Below, one piece after another: positions 1 through 9,599 of a stretch of 64,000 nucleotides of DNA (position 1 is its first letter; each line of letters starts with the position of its first letter). Both the position numbers and the translations under genes were made by a program. The stretch spans positions 5,159 to 69,158 of the forward strand of contig CAYHLX010000001.1 in assembly GCA_964357605.1 (NCBI GenBank). Reading direction: 5' to 3'. This stretch comes from an uncultured Candidatus Saccharibacteria bacterium (GTDB taxonomy: Bacteria; Patescibacteriota; Minisyncoccia; Phycocordibacterales; PALSA-1337). Under the pieces are notes generated by a model. It was given only the letters and a program-made list of their open reading frames with translations, made no database searches and was not told the origin of the DNA.

Positions 1-849
1 CTCATCGAACTGCTGGTGGTTATCTCTATCATCGGACTGCTTTCATCAGTCGTCATAGCTTCGGTCACAGCCGCCCGCAAGCAAGGTATGATCGCCGCTG
101 GTCAGAAGTTTGATGCTCACACCCACGCCGCTTTCTATGATGACCTGGTCTTGAGTTGGGATTTTGATAGAGATACTGCTGGTAGTGGCATAGTGCAGGA
201 TTTGAGCGGGAATGGGAATAATTTATCGCTCACAGGAGCAACACTTGATGGCCCACCAACACCAAATCCGTTCAAGACAGGGAAGGTGATCTCGATCGGA
301 CCTTCAAAAACTGCAAATTTACCTGCGCCGATGAAAAAGCCTCCAGCCGGAAAATTCTCAGTGTCTTTTTGGTTGTATCCTGTTTTGGCAGCTGGCGAAA
401 CTGCTGAAGCAACTGAGTACCTCTCGTATTTCCCATTATCGAGCACAAAAGGAAATACATGGAAGTTTTCTTATGCTGTTGGTGCGGCAGGTTTTAATTT
501 TAAATATATTCCGTTATTACCTACTAATCAAAGAACAGTATCAATTGGCCAGCTAGCTTTTAATACATGGCACCATATTGTGGCAGTATGTAATACAACA
601 AATAATAAAATCGGTGTATATGTAAATGGTAAATCTGTGGGTACACCGACCGGGGTTACAGATTGTGGTTTTAATAATACAGATTTAACTGTAGGTTTAC
701 GATTGGTAAGTGTTGGTAAGCCTTATTATCTCGATAACGTACGTATATATGGAGAATCTCTGCCCCTCTCATTTATTCAGGAGCAGTATCTAGCCGGTAA
801 GCCCAAATTTGAAGCTTTGGCAAAGAACATGAAAGATCAAAAAAATTAA
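1..849 (+). CDS. Type IV pilin-like (prepilin N-terminal helix) protein fused to a LamG/concanavalin A-like domain; 5' end cut by window edge
   Basis: The reading frame is open from position 1 and encodes ...[22 protein letters not shown], the pilin/pseudopilin N-terminal hydrophobic helix. The C-terminal 'LDNVRIYGESL' matches the Laminin_G_3-type motif seen throughout this island. The ORF track lists 16..849. Confidence 0.7.
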   Translation, partial: LIELLVVISIIGLLSSVVIASVTAARKQGMIAAGQKFDAHTHAAFYDDLVLSWDFDRDTAGSGIVQDLSGNGNNLSLTGATLDGPPTPNPFKTGKVISIGPSKTANLPAPMKKPPAGKFSVSFWLYPVLAAGETAEATEYLSYFPLSSTKGNTWKFSYAVGAAGFNFKYIPLLPTNQRTVSIGQLAFNTWHHIVAVCNTTNNKIGVYVNGKSVGTPTGVTDCGFNNTDLTVGLRLVSVGKPYYLDNVRIYGESLPLSFIQEQYLAGKPKFEALAKNMKDQKN

Positions 850-852
850 TGT

Positions 853-2367
853 ATGAAAAATAATTTTAATAAAAAAATCTGGCCAAGTCTCTTTATACTC
901 GCAGTATTCTGCTTATTTATTTTTGCCGGATATTCAGTTGTGCATGCTGGCGTTGTGATACAACCAACGCCGACAACTGGACTCCGGGCACACTGGACAT
1001 TTGATACCAAGACATTCAGTTGGGGTACAAATAAAGTCTCGGATGTTTCTGGTAATGGTCATACAGGAACATTAGTCTTTATGGATTCAGGGACCAATCA
1101 AGTTGCTGGTAAAAAAGGCCAAGCGATTTTTCTGGATGGAAATATAGATTCGATCAGTTTGGCTACAAATCCTCTAACCACTTTTTCCAATCCTAGCTCC
1201 GCGTGTACGTGGGTCAATACAAATGATGTCACTGTTTCTACAGGAGGGTTCAATCAGACCATTTTGAATATTTCCGCTGATACCAATAATGGGTTACATA
1301 TGGGCAGTGTGGTCAATTCAGGAAAGTTTTTTGCTTCGTATAAATCAGGTGGTTCCTATTATGGTTCTGAATCAGCCAGTGCAGTTTTTGCTAACAATCA
1401 GTGGGTACATGTGTGTTATGTCTGGAATGGCAATGGTGTCAATCTCTATGCCAATGGTACATCGATTGCCACAACCACCAATACAGATGCTCCAAGTCTG
1501 GTAAACACTATCGGTGCTCGAAATGATCAGATCGATGGTACCTGGTCAGGTATGATCGATGATCTGCGTGTTTACAATCGCGCCTTGTCGATCGCGGAAA
1601 TAAAGCAGATATATAACAGTGGGGCACTGGTATTGAACAGCTTGCAAGGCAACAAAACTGTGGTTCTCCAGAAAACCCCATCAAATTTTCTCACGAACGG
1701 CCTGGTGGGGTACTGGTCTTTTGATGGAAGTAAAATAAATTGGGCCAGCAACACTGTCACTGATAGTTCAGGCAATGGTAATACGGGAACGATGATCAAT
1801 ATGTCTACAACCACTAGCCCTGCGCAGGGTAAGATTGGGCAGGCACTCTCGTTTGATGGGAGTGATGATTATGTGACTGTGGGAACCACTAATTTACCTA
1901 CGACTAATGATGGCACCATTTCTGCTTGGGTGAAAATTGCTCCGTCGCCTTCAGGTACAGATATTGTTTTATCGCATTATTCAACGGTCGCTCCGGCATT
2001 AGGGTATTATAAAATAGTACTGAGTGGAGGTAATCGTCCTATATTATACAATCTCTGTAGTAATGGAGGTGATGGAATATGCACCTCTGATTCCGGAATA
2101 ACTTTGACCCCAAATATCTGGTACCATATTGTTGGTACATTCGGTGGGTTAGATGAAGCTGATTCTGGAATAATATATGTCAATGCAGTAGTTAAAGCAA
2201 CTGGTGGCTTTAATGCCTTCTATAATATACCTGCAGGGCTCGTATTTCGAATGGGTTCAGATGTTGATGGAACAAACTTTTGTAATTGCACTCTCGATGA
2301 TGTCCGTATCTACAACCGCGCGCTTTCGTCAACAGAGATTAAACAGCTTTATAATATGGGCAGATGA
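853..2367 (+). CDS. Secreted protein with two LamG (Laminin_G_3 / concanavalin A-like lectin-glucanase) domains
   Basis: N-terminal signal/TM segment. Two modules each run from 'W(T/S)FD...SGNG(H/N)TGT...G..GQA..(L/F)DG' to the C-terminal hallmark 'DDLRVYNRALSIAEIKQIYN' / 'LDDVRIYNRALSSTEIKQLYN'. The gene ends in a TGA stop. Confidence 0.75.
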   Translation: MKNNFNKKIWPSLFILAVFCLFIFAGYSVVHAGVVIQPTPTTGLRAHWTFDTKTFSWGTNKVSDVSGNGHTGTLVFMDSGTNQVAGKKGQAIFLDGNIDSISLATNPLTTFSNPSSACTWVNTNDVTVSTGGFNQTILNISADTNNGLHMGSVVNSGKFFASYKSGGSYYGSESASAVFANNQWVHVCYVWNGNGVNLYANGTSIATTTNTDAPSLVNTIGARNDQIDGTWSGMIDDLRVYNRALSIAEIKQIYNSGALVLNSLQGNKTVVLQKTPSNFLTNGLVGYWSFDGSKINWASNTVTDSSGNGNTGTMINMSTTTSPAQGKIGQALSFDGSDDYVTVGTTNLPTTNDGTISAWVKIAPSPSGTDIVLSHYSTVAPALGYYKIVLSGGNRPILYNLCSNGGDGICTSDSGITLTPNIWYHIVGTFGGLDEADSGIIYVNAVVKATGGFNAFYNIPAGLVFRMGSDVDGTNFCNCTLDDVRIYNRALSSTEIKQLYNMGR

Positions 2368-2407
2368 TAAACTTATTCGCACCATCTAATGTGATAGAAT
2401 AGTATAA

Positions 2408-5400
2408 ATGAGAAAAATATTTTCTACAAAATATAATGTAAATTTTTTCAGTACATTTTTTGTGATTTTGGCTGTACTATTCTCAAGTACAAACCTAGCC
2501 CATGCTTCCAAGATAGGTGTCCCCCCCAACTTTATTCCAGGTAATGGACTATCGAATGGCCTCGTCGGCTACTGGACGTTTGATGGCAAGGATACCACCA
2601 TTCCTGGTCCAGTTGTAACATACATAACCTCCGGTTCTACATGGGCAGTTCCTTCAGACTGGAATAGTAGCAATAATACAATTGAAGTGATTGCTGGCGG
2701 TGGTGGAGGCAATGGTTCTAACACCGCAGGTGGAGGTAATGGTGGAACAGCAGGTTCAGGAGGAGCCTATGCAAAGGTGGTTAATTTGTCATTGACTCCA
2801 AGCTCATCGGTTAATATAGGAGTTGGTACAGGTGGTGCTGGAGGTGCTCGTGATACTAAAGGAGGTGTCGGAGGAGACACATGGTTTAATGCTACATCAC
2901 TTGCCAATGCAGTAACCAACGGTTCGTCTGTGAGCGTTGCCGCAGCGGGAGCCGCACAATCAGCCCTTTTATATAGTACAGCAGGTACGGCTGGTCAAGC
3001 ATCTGCTTCCGTAGGAACAACAAAATATAGTGGAGGTACTGGTGGGGCGGCTAACATTTTCCAGGCCTTTGGTGGCGGAGGAGGAGGTGGAGCTGGACCT
3101 AATGGAGATGGAGGTGCTGGTGGTACTGCTACTGGTTCTCAAGGTGCTGGAGGTGGAGGTTCAGGTGGTGGCGCTGCTGGTAGTAGTGGTTCAGGAAACA
3201 ATGGAGGTAACGGAGGTGCGAACTATACAGCATCACAAGCAGGAGGAACAGGTGGTGCTAATGATGGTGCTCCTGGTACTGGAGATAGCAACGGTGCTTC
3301 TGGTGCCGCTGGAGGAGGTTATGGTGTCTTCGGATCACAAACAGCCAATGGAGGCGCTGGTGGTTCTGGACAGGAATGGGATAGTACACATGGCTCAGGA
3401 GGTGGAGGAGGAGGAGCTGGTAGAGGTAATGCTGGAAACGCTGATGGTGGTAACGCAGGCTCGTATGGCGCAGGTGGTGGTGGTGGTTCTGACTCTGCGT
3501 CTGATGGTGTTGGAGGTAATGGTTCTCAAGGTCTCATCGTTGTCACGTATACTCCAGCCACAGCAGCCACCGTAGATAAATCTGGCAATGGCAACACCGG
3601 CACGCCCACCAACATGTCTCAAGCCACGAGTACAGCGGCAGGCAAAATCGGCCAAGCTCTCAATTTCGATGGTGCTGATGATTATGTGAATGCCGGAGCA
3701 AGCTCTGCTCTTAATGGGGCGACGCTGGTCACCGTGAGTGCCTGGGTGAATTTTAGTGATTTGCTTGAACATGGTTCTGGTTCTGGTGTGCCAGCTTATC
3801 AAAATATTTTTCAACGTGGTTCATCAGGCGAAATCAATGGATACATCTTAAATTTTGGATTGTATTCAGATGCTAAGATCATTGTAGATGTTCAGGACAC
3901 TACCACTCTTTCACATGTGCAAGCATTTAGCGCATCCACAGTTGCGGCCAATAAGTGGTACCATGTTGCTTTTGTGGCAGCAGCAAGCACGCTTACTGTA
4001 TACGTAGATGGAGTGGCAGGAACACCAGTGAGTTACAATGGTATGGAACCTTTGGTAACAGGAGGAACACTTTTTTATAATAGGGTAAATTTGGGAGCGG
4101 CTATGTATAGCAGTGACACAGCCAGTATTTACCTAAAAGGAAAACTCGACGACGTCCGCGTCTATACTCGCGCACTTTCCACCACAGAAATCGGACAGTT
4201 GTACAATCTAGGTGCGGCAAAATTTGGTATCTCGCCAACAAAATCTATAACCTCCGGCCTCGTCGGATACTGGACTCTGGATGGTAAGGACGTACCAAAC
4301 GGCAGAGCAAATGATGTAACAGGAAATGGACATCACGCTAACTTGGTGAACATTGCCACTTCCACTTTCTATACTTCAGGCAATACTGGACAAGGGTTTA
4401 ATTTGGACGGGGTAGATGATTATGTGAATACGAACAAAGCATTGTCGACTTTTACAGACGGTAGTAATGGTACATATGCGGCTTGGGCATATCCCACTGC
4501 CGCTGGCGGAGGCGCCTGTTCTAATTTAAATGCGGCTCCAATTATTACAGATGGTACTGGTAGCGGTGGCTATACAACTCTCGGTATAACTGGAGGTAAT
4601 TGGTGTGGAGGTTGGTGGGGTACTGGAGTTGGCGGTTTAACGAGTGCCGCTACACTGAATAAATGGTCACATGTTGTCTTAACTGTGAACGCTGGGGTTG
4701 AGACTCTCTACGTGAATGGTGTGCAAGTCGGTTCACAGTCAGTAGGAGCTACCACAGCTCTAACTAGCCCCGTGTATTTCGGGCGGTCATTTGGTGATAT
4801 ATATTTCCCAGGGAAGATTGACGACGTTCGCATCTACAATCGCGCGCTTTCTGCAACAGAAATTGCTCAACTCTACAAACTCGGTATCTCCGCCAAACAA
4901 TCCGCTTCTCCTACAGTTACTAGCACTTCTTGCGCAGCGGGGCTTTCCTGTGGCCTCATCGGCTACTGGACGTTTGATGGAAAGGATACTCCATGGACGA
5001 GCTCTACAGCGGCCACGACTTTGGATAAAAGTGGCAATGGCAACACCGGCACACTCACCAATATGGCTCAAGTCACGAGTCCGATAGCGGGCAAAATCGG
5101 GCAAGGACTTAGTTTTGATGGGAGTAATGACTATGTGAGTGCACCAGTGAATCTTTCGGGGACAAATATAGCCTCTCTTTCTTTTTGGATGAAGTGGAAT
5201 GCATATGCTAATGATGATGATCTGGCATTTGAGTATACTACCAACTTTACTGGCGTGAATGCATTTATTATAGATCCAAATGACAGCACACCATCAAGGT
5301 TTTCTATTATCATGTCAGCTACGGGAGGATATTATAATGGCGGGTATATAACACGACCATCCGCAGGAGTTTGGCATCATTATGGAGTTATATTAAACAG

Positions 5401-5632
5401 GACAACCGGAACAGCAAATGGTGTAACTATTTATGTAGACGGAGTGGCCCAATCAATGACACAAACATATTCATCAGATTTTAGTTCAAGTAATTTTGAC
5501 AACTCCTCGTTGTATTTCATGTCTCGAGGGGGCTCATCTCTATTTGGTGCAGGTTCTCTCGATGATGTCCGCATTTATAACCGAGCTCTATCTGCCACGG
5601 AGATTACTCAGCTCTATAATTCAGGCCGATAA
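2408..5632 (+). CDS. Large secreted protein: glycine-rich domain (Gly_rich-family-like) followed by four LamG domains
   Basis: Signal peptide. 'TSGSTWAVPSDWNSSNNTIEVIAGGGGGNGS...GGAYAKVVNLSLTPSSSVNIGVGTGG' fits the glycine-rich domain pattern W.VP.gV..i.V...GgGG....GG.GG...v.pg..l.v.VG.gG. This is followed by a long run of GGxGG low complexity. Four repeats end in 'LDDVR(V/I)Y(T/N)RALS(T/A)TEI.QLYN'. Confidence 0.7.
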   Translation: MRKIFSTKYNVNFFSTFFVILAVLFSSTNLAHASKIGVPPNFIPGNGLSNGLVGYWTFDGKDTTIPGPVVTYITSGSTWAVPSDWNSSNNTIEVIAGGGGGNGSNTAGGGNGGTAGSGGAYAKVVNLSLTPSSSVNIGVGTGGAGGARDTKGGVGGDTWFNATSLANAVTNGSSVSVAAAGAAQSALLYSTAGTAGQASASVGTTKYSGGTGGAANIFQAFGGGGGGGAGPNGDGGAGGTATGSQGAGGGGSGGGAAGSSGSGNNGGNGGANYTASQAGGTGGANDGAPGTGDSNGASGAAGGGYGVFGSQTANGGAGGSGQEWDSTHGSGGGGGGAGRGNAGNADGGNAGSYGAGGGGGSDSASDGVGGNGSQGLIVVTYTPATAATVDKSGNGNTGTPTNMSQATSTAAGKIGQALNFDGADDYVNAGASSALNGATLVTVSAWVNFSDLLEHGSGSGVPAYQNIFQRGSSGEINGYILNFGLYSDAKIIVDVQDTTTLSHVQAFSASTVAANKWYHVAFVAAASTLTVYVDGVAGTPVSYNGMEPLVTGGTLFYNRVNLGAAMYSSDTASIYLKGKLDDVRVYTRALSTTEIGQLYNLGAAKFGISPTKSITSGLVGYWTLDGKDVPNGRANDVTGNGHHANLVNIATSTFYTSGNTGQGFNLDGVDDYVNTNKALSTFTDGSNGTYAAWAYPTAAGGGACSNLNAAPIITDGTGSGGYTTLGITGGNWCGGWWGTGVGGLTSAATLNKWSHVVLTVNAGVETLYVNGVQVGSQSVGATTALTSPVYFGRSFGDIYFPGKIDDVRIYNRALSATEIAQLYKLGISAKQSASPTVTSTSCAAGLSCGLIGYWTFDGKDTPWTSSTAATTLDKSGNGNTGTLTNMAQVTSPIAGKIGQGLSFDGSNDYVSAPVNLSGTNIASLSFWMKWNAYANDDDLAFEYTTNFTGVNAFIIDPNDSTPSRFSIIMSATGGYYNGGYITRPSAGVWHHYGVILNRTTGTANGVTIYVDGVAQSMTQTYSSDFSSSNFDNSSLYFMSRGGSSLFGAGSLDDVRIYNRALSATEITQLYNSGR

Positions 5633-5651
5633 TAATGTTACAATTACTTCT

Positions 5652-8060
5652 ATGAACTTAGCGACGAAACACTTAACCATCCCTATCCTGGCTATTGTTA
5701 TCCTCCTCACCATCCTTTTCAACCTCGGAGGAACAGAAAAAGATATCTCTACATATTTACCACCTGCTCCCACTCAAACTGCAGCTGTTTCAGATTTCAA
5801 TTCTTCCCTCGTTGCTCACTATACTTTTGATGGTAATACCAACGACTCCGCTGGTTCTAACAATGGGACAGCAGTAGGTGGGCCGACGTATACCACAGGC
5901 AAAATTGGACAAGGACTCAGCTTCGATGGGACAGATGACAAAGTTACGACCTCAGATCTCGGTACTCTAGGATCGTCAGTCTCATTGTCATATTGGTTCA
6001 AAACCACAGATGGGCCAAATTCAGCCATGGTGGGCATCGGCACAAAAAAATATTGCAGTATCGATTGGAGTCCTGCAGGATCATTTGCCTGTACTGTCCA
6101 TGGCGGAGGTGGTGCACTTTCGAGTGGCCAGGCATTCAATGATGGAACATGGCATCATGGAGTGTTTGTTATGACAGAGAATAGTCAACTTATCTATATT
6201 GATGGCGTATTGAAAAATTCATCAAACGGAGAATTACCAGCAGATACTTCGTCCGCTGTTCTTATGGGAGATCGAGCTTTTGGCGGTACACCCTATTCCG
6301 GCGCTCTTGATGATGTACGAATATATAACAAAGCTCTTTCCGCTAATGAAATTCAACAATTGTACACTTTTAATAATGAAAGTACGCCAATAGTAACTCC
6401 GACACCGGATACAAATTCAAATCCAAATCCGACACCACCTCCGACTACAAATCCCGTGCCAGCACCAACCGAACCAATTTCTGTAGACAGCAAACATTAT
6501 TATGTGCGTCCTGATGGCGGAAATTATGGCAACGAAGATGGATCAAGTTGGGCTAATGCCTTTGACGGATTCAATGATGTTGTGTGGGGAAATAATACTG
6601 GCCAGGTCGGTGCAGGAGATGTCCTGTATGTGAGTGCCGGTAACTATTATCAACCACTTATTGTCGGTATATCAGGTGTTTCTGGAAATAGAGTGACAGT
6701 TCGCGCCGCGCAAGATACATATGTTGGAATTGCAAATCTTAATTCCACATCAGCAATAAGTTATGGAGGCAATGCTTATGTAACTATTGATGGAGGTTAC
6801 AATGGAAATAACCATTTTGTAACCACTACATATATTAATGGACAGGGTACTATAGACCCAGGTTTACATTATTTTACCATTAACAAAAATCTTGCCGATT
6901 TTAGATATTCAAGCAAAGGAGAATTTTCGTATAACATTGTTAATATTGTCGATTCAACTGCAGAAACGGCATTTTACTTCACTGCGTCAAAGAATCGTGA
7001 TGCCCCCTCGTTTGGATTATCAAAGTTCCATCATAATAAAATTATAGTACCAGGGAAGATAAATGACGGTAATGGTCCTGACGGTATTCATGCCGGAACA
7101 GGATTTGACATATACAACAACATTTTTCAATCAGTATTATGGACTCCCGGTTCGCTCATAGGTCATAACCACCAGGATCTCATACAGGCTTATGGAGATG
7201 AGCATTTGAGAATTTACAACAATGAATTTATTGACTCTGGTGATTCTCAAATTGATTTCTCTAAAGCAGGAAATGTAACGCAATCTAATTTACTTGTTTA
7301 TAATAACGTCTTTCGAAGGACTATTGCTGAAATGGGTACGGTCATGTTGAGGATATATACAGAAGGCGGGGGAAGCATCTCTTCGTTTAATAATATTATG
7401 ATTGACAATAACACGTTTATAGATGGATCTAGAACAGGTCCTTCCTATGGCGGAGGTATTCGCGTTATTAATACAGACACAGCTACCGGGGCTTCTAATG
7501 CGACAATACGAAATAATATTTTCTACAATTCTGGTCGCGCGTGGCCAGTCGTGTTGATGGAGGGTATATCACCAAACTGGACTGTGTCAAATAATCTAAT
7601 CAACGCTGGATCATCTGGTAATGCAACTATACAGTGGACAGGTATAAATCCTGTAGGCACGCAAACTACCGCACCTAATTTTGTAGGTTATGTTCCATAT
7701 GCGTTAAGTATGGATTTACATTTGAGAAACATGGATAGTGCCGCTATCAATAAAGGAGTCAATCTTTCCTCCCACTTTTCCACAGACAAAGACGGCAACC
7801 ATCGCAATGTTGGCGGTGCCTGGGACATCGGCGCCTACGAATACCAAGGAAGCGGGACAACTCAACCACCAGTCACCCCACCAGTAACACCCACCACCTA
7901 CAAACCAGGCGACTTCAACAGAGATGGAGCAGTCAATGCCCTAGACTTCTCCCTATTGTCAGGTGCCTGGAATACCAATACCTCTACATATGATCTAAAC
8001 AGTGATGGTATTGTGAACTCTCTCGACTACGTGATCATGGTGCAGAATTGGACGGGGTAG
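5652..8060 (+). CDS. Secreted LamG domain - PT-rich linker - right-handed parallel beta-helix (pectate-lyase-like) - C-terminal type I dockerin protein
   Basis: Start re-set to ATG 5652 (MNLATKHLTIPILAIVILL..., a signal/TM segment). The track ORF start at 5496 overlaps the previous gene. LamG motif 'LDDVRIYNKALSANEIQQLY' is followed by a TPTPDTNSNPNPTPPPTTNPVPAPT linker. Repeated NN(I/V)F/YNN.F motifs at beta-helix spacing. The C-terminus 'DFNRDGAVNALDFSLL...DLNSDGIVNSLDYVIMVQNW' is two DxNxDGxVNxxD calcium-loop repeats, i.e. a dockerin. Confidence 0.75.
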   Translation: MNLATKHLTIPILAIVILLTILFNLGGTEKDISTYLPPAPTQTAAVSDFNSSLVAHYTFDGNTNDSAGSNNGTAVGGPTYTTGKIGQGLSFDGTDDKVTTSDLGTLGSSVSLSYWFKTTDGPNSAMVGIGTKKYCSIDWSPAGSFACTVHGGGGALSSGQAFNDGTWHHGVFVMTENSQLIYIDGVLKNSSNGELPADTSSAVLMGDRAFGGTPYSGALDDVRIYNKALSANEIQQLYTFNNESTPIVTPTPDTNSNPNPTPPPTTNPVPAPTEPISVDSKHYYVRPDGGNYGNEDGSSWANAFDGFNDVVWGNNTGQVGAGDVLYVSAGNYYQPLIVGISGVSGNRVTVRAAQDTYVGIANLNSTSAISYGGNAYVTIDGGYNGNNHFVTTTYINGQGTIDPGLHYFTINKNLADFRYSSKGEFSYNIVNIVDSTAETAFYFTASKNRDAPSFGLSKFHHNKIIVPGKINDGNGPDGIHAGTGFDIYNNIFQSVLWTPGSLIGHNHQDLIQAYGDEHLRIYNNEFIDSGDSQIDFSKAGNVTQSNLLVYNNVFRRTIAEMGTVMLRIYTEGGGSISSFNNIMIDNNTFIDGSRTGPSYGGGIRVINTDTATGASNATIRNNIFYNSGRAWPVVLMEGISPNWTVSNNLINAGSSGNATIQWTGINPVGTQTTAPNFVGYVPYALSMDLHLRNMDSAAINKGVNLSSHFSTDKDGNHRNVGGAWDIGAYEYQGSGTTQPPVTPPVTPTTYKPGDFNRDGAVNALDFSLLSGAWNTNTSTYDLNSDGIVNSLDYVIMVQNWTG

Positions 8061-8133
8061 GGGTAACTAACTCTTGCTTTTGGCCCAGGATATGCTATAT
8101 TTGGTGTACTTATTGGTTATTTATAACTAATAT

Positions 8134-8757
8134 ATGAATTATATAGATTTTCAACAAAAGTTTAAGGAGTACCCGCTTATTATGGTTTCCGATATCAAGA
8201 CAGCATTTGCTGATTATGATTCTCGGCGATTGTATGAGTGGCAGAAGGCCGGCTATATCCGCAAGGTGGCTAGGAATTTTTGGTTATTTACAGATCAGCA
8301 GGTGAGTGAAAGTCAGACGTGTTTTATTGCCAACAAGCTTCGTGAGCCATCCTATCTAAGTTTGGAATATGCTCTTGGTACATATGGACTCATTCCAGAA
8401 CAGGTTTTCGTCAAGACATGTATAACAACGAGGGGTCGTGCGACATATGAGACACCTGTCGGGAACTTTAGCTATCGTTCCATGAAAGAGGAACTTTTTT
8501 TCGGCTATCTGCTCCATGGAGAGGGGGCATATGCATATAGGATGGCTTCACCAGAAAAGGCATTGCTGGATTTTCTTTACATGCGTTCAGATATACAGGA
8601 TGAAGGCCACATCGCCGAGCTACGCATTGCCACGGATGTGTATCGTGACAAGATAGATGATGCTCGACTGGATTCATATCTCAAAATATTCAACTCGCCG
8701 ACACTAGAGAATAAGGTGCGTCTTGTTCGTGAATATATACTAGACAACCATGATTAA
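8134..8757 (+). CDS. Putative AbiEi-like antitoxin (type IV toxin-antitoxin system partner of AbiEii)
   Basis: 207-aa protein immediately upstream of, and overlapping by 8 nt, an AbiEii-family nucleotidyltransferase gene. The call rests mainly on this conserved two-gene arrangement plus size. No strong motif was recognised by eye. Confidence 0.5.
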   Translation: MNYIDFQQKFKEYPLIMVSDIKTAFADYDSRRLYEWQKAGYIRKVARNFWLFTDQQVSESQTCFIANKLREPSYLSLEYALGTYGLIPEQVFVKTCITTRGRATYETPVGNFSYRSMKEELFFGYLLHGEGAYAYRMASPEKALLDFLYMRSDIQDEGHIAELRIATDVYRDKIDDARLDSYLKIFNSPTLENKVRLVREYILDNHD

Positions 8758-9524
8758 TCTTACCGAATTACAAAAGCTCTATCCGTACCCGGCAGGGTTT
8801 GACCGTAGTGCACTACGAGAATATTTTCAATACAAGATTATGGATATTCTTTTTAGACAAGGAATTGGAAACAAGCTTTGTTTTCTAGGGGGTACAGCAA
8901 TAAAGTTCTGCTATGGTGGCAGACGGTATTCAGAGGATCTTGATTTTGACAATCGTGGTATTAGTCCTGAAGAATTTGAGGCTTTGGTGGAAACCGTTGG
9001 ACAGGAACTTGGTCGTGAAGGATATCGCGTCGATGTTAGGAATTCTTTCAAGAATGCATTTCGTTCACGAGTGGGCATCGAGGGTGTATATCATGATAAT
9101 GGTTTGAGCCCACTTCCCAATGAAAAGCTAATGATCCAGATCGATATGGCACCGCAGGATTTTGCTTTTGAGCCACAGACATATATGCTACAAAAGTACG
9201 AGGTACTCCGTACGATTGCCGTAGTTCCAGTCCAGACTATTTTATCCCAAAAGGTTGCCGCAGTTATTTATTGGACGCAAGAGAGCTAAGGGTCGTGATT
9301 TCTACGACATCGTCTATCTCCGTGGCTTTACGGAATTTGATTTCTCCTATCTCAAGGATAAGCTTGGTATTGTCGATGTAGTCGAACTCAAAAAAAAACT
9401 TCTCGAAGTCACTGCTGGATTTGATTTTGATGCATTGGCTACCGATGTTATGCCATTTCTCGTTAATCGCGAGGAGGTTGAATATGTGCGCCAGTTTAGA
9501 ACATATATTGAACAGAAATTGTGA
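8750..9524 (+). pseudogene. AbiEii/AbiGii-family nucleotidyltransferase toxin, interrupted by a +1 frameshift around 9255-9290
   Basis: The N-terminal ORF 8750..9289 contains 'LCFLGGTAIKFCYGGRRYSEDLDFD', the AbiEii nucleotidyltransferase signature GGTAL...R.S.DLDF. The conserved C-terminal part 'GRKRAKGRDFYDIVYL...' continues in the +1 frame (ORF 9255..9524, which starts at TTG). The two ORFs overlap by 35 nt. Confidence 0.6.
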
Positions 9525-9599
9525 TCATGGTCCAAAATCGAACGTAATGTTGATAAGTTATAGATACAGTTCTAGACACAATCCTGTATAATAACACCC

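Noticed and set aside
3030-3814. ORFs 3030..3575 (+) and 3395..3814 (-) inside the 2408..5632 gene
   Set aside because: They lie in other frames or antisense to the GGxGG glycine-rich repeat. Their low-complexity L/V/E- or R/T/S-rich translations are artefacts of the GC-skewed repeat DNA.
5496-5651. Upstream extension of the 5652..8060 gene to 5496
   Set aside because: It overlaps the 3' end of the preceding gene in another frame. The conserved paralog N-terminus (MN..K.L...L) begins at ATG 5652.
9255-9524. Treating 9255..9524 as an independent gene
   Set aside because: It starts at TTG in the +1 frame of the AbiEii ORF and encodes the conserved C-terminal half of that family, so it is the continuation of a frameshifted gene.
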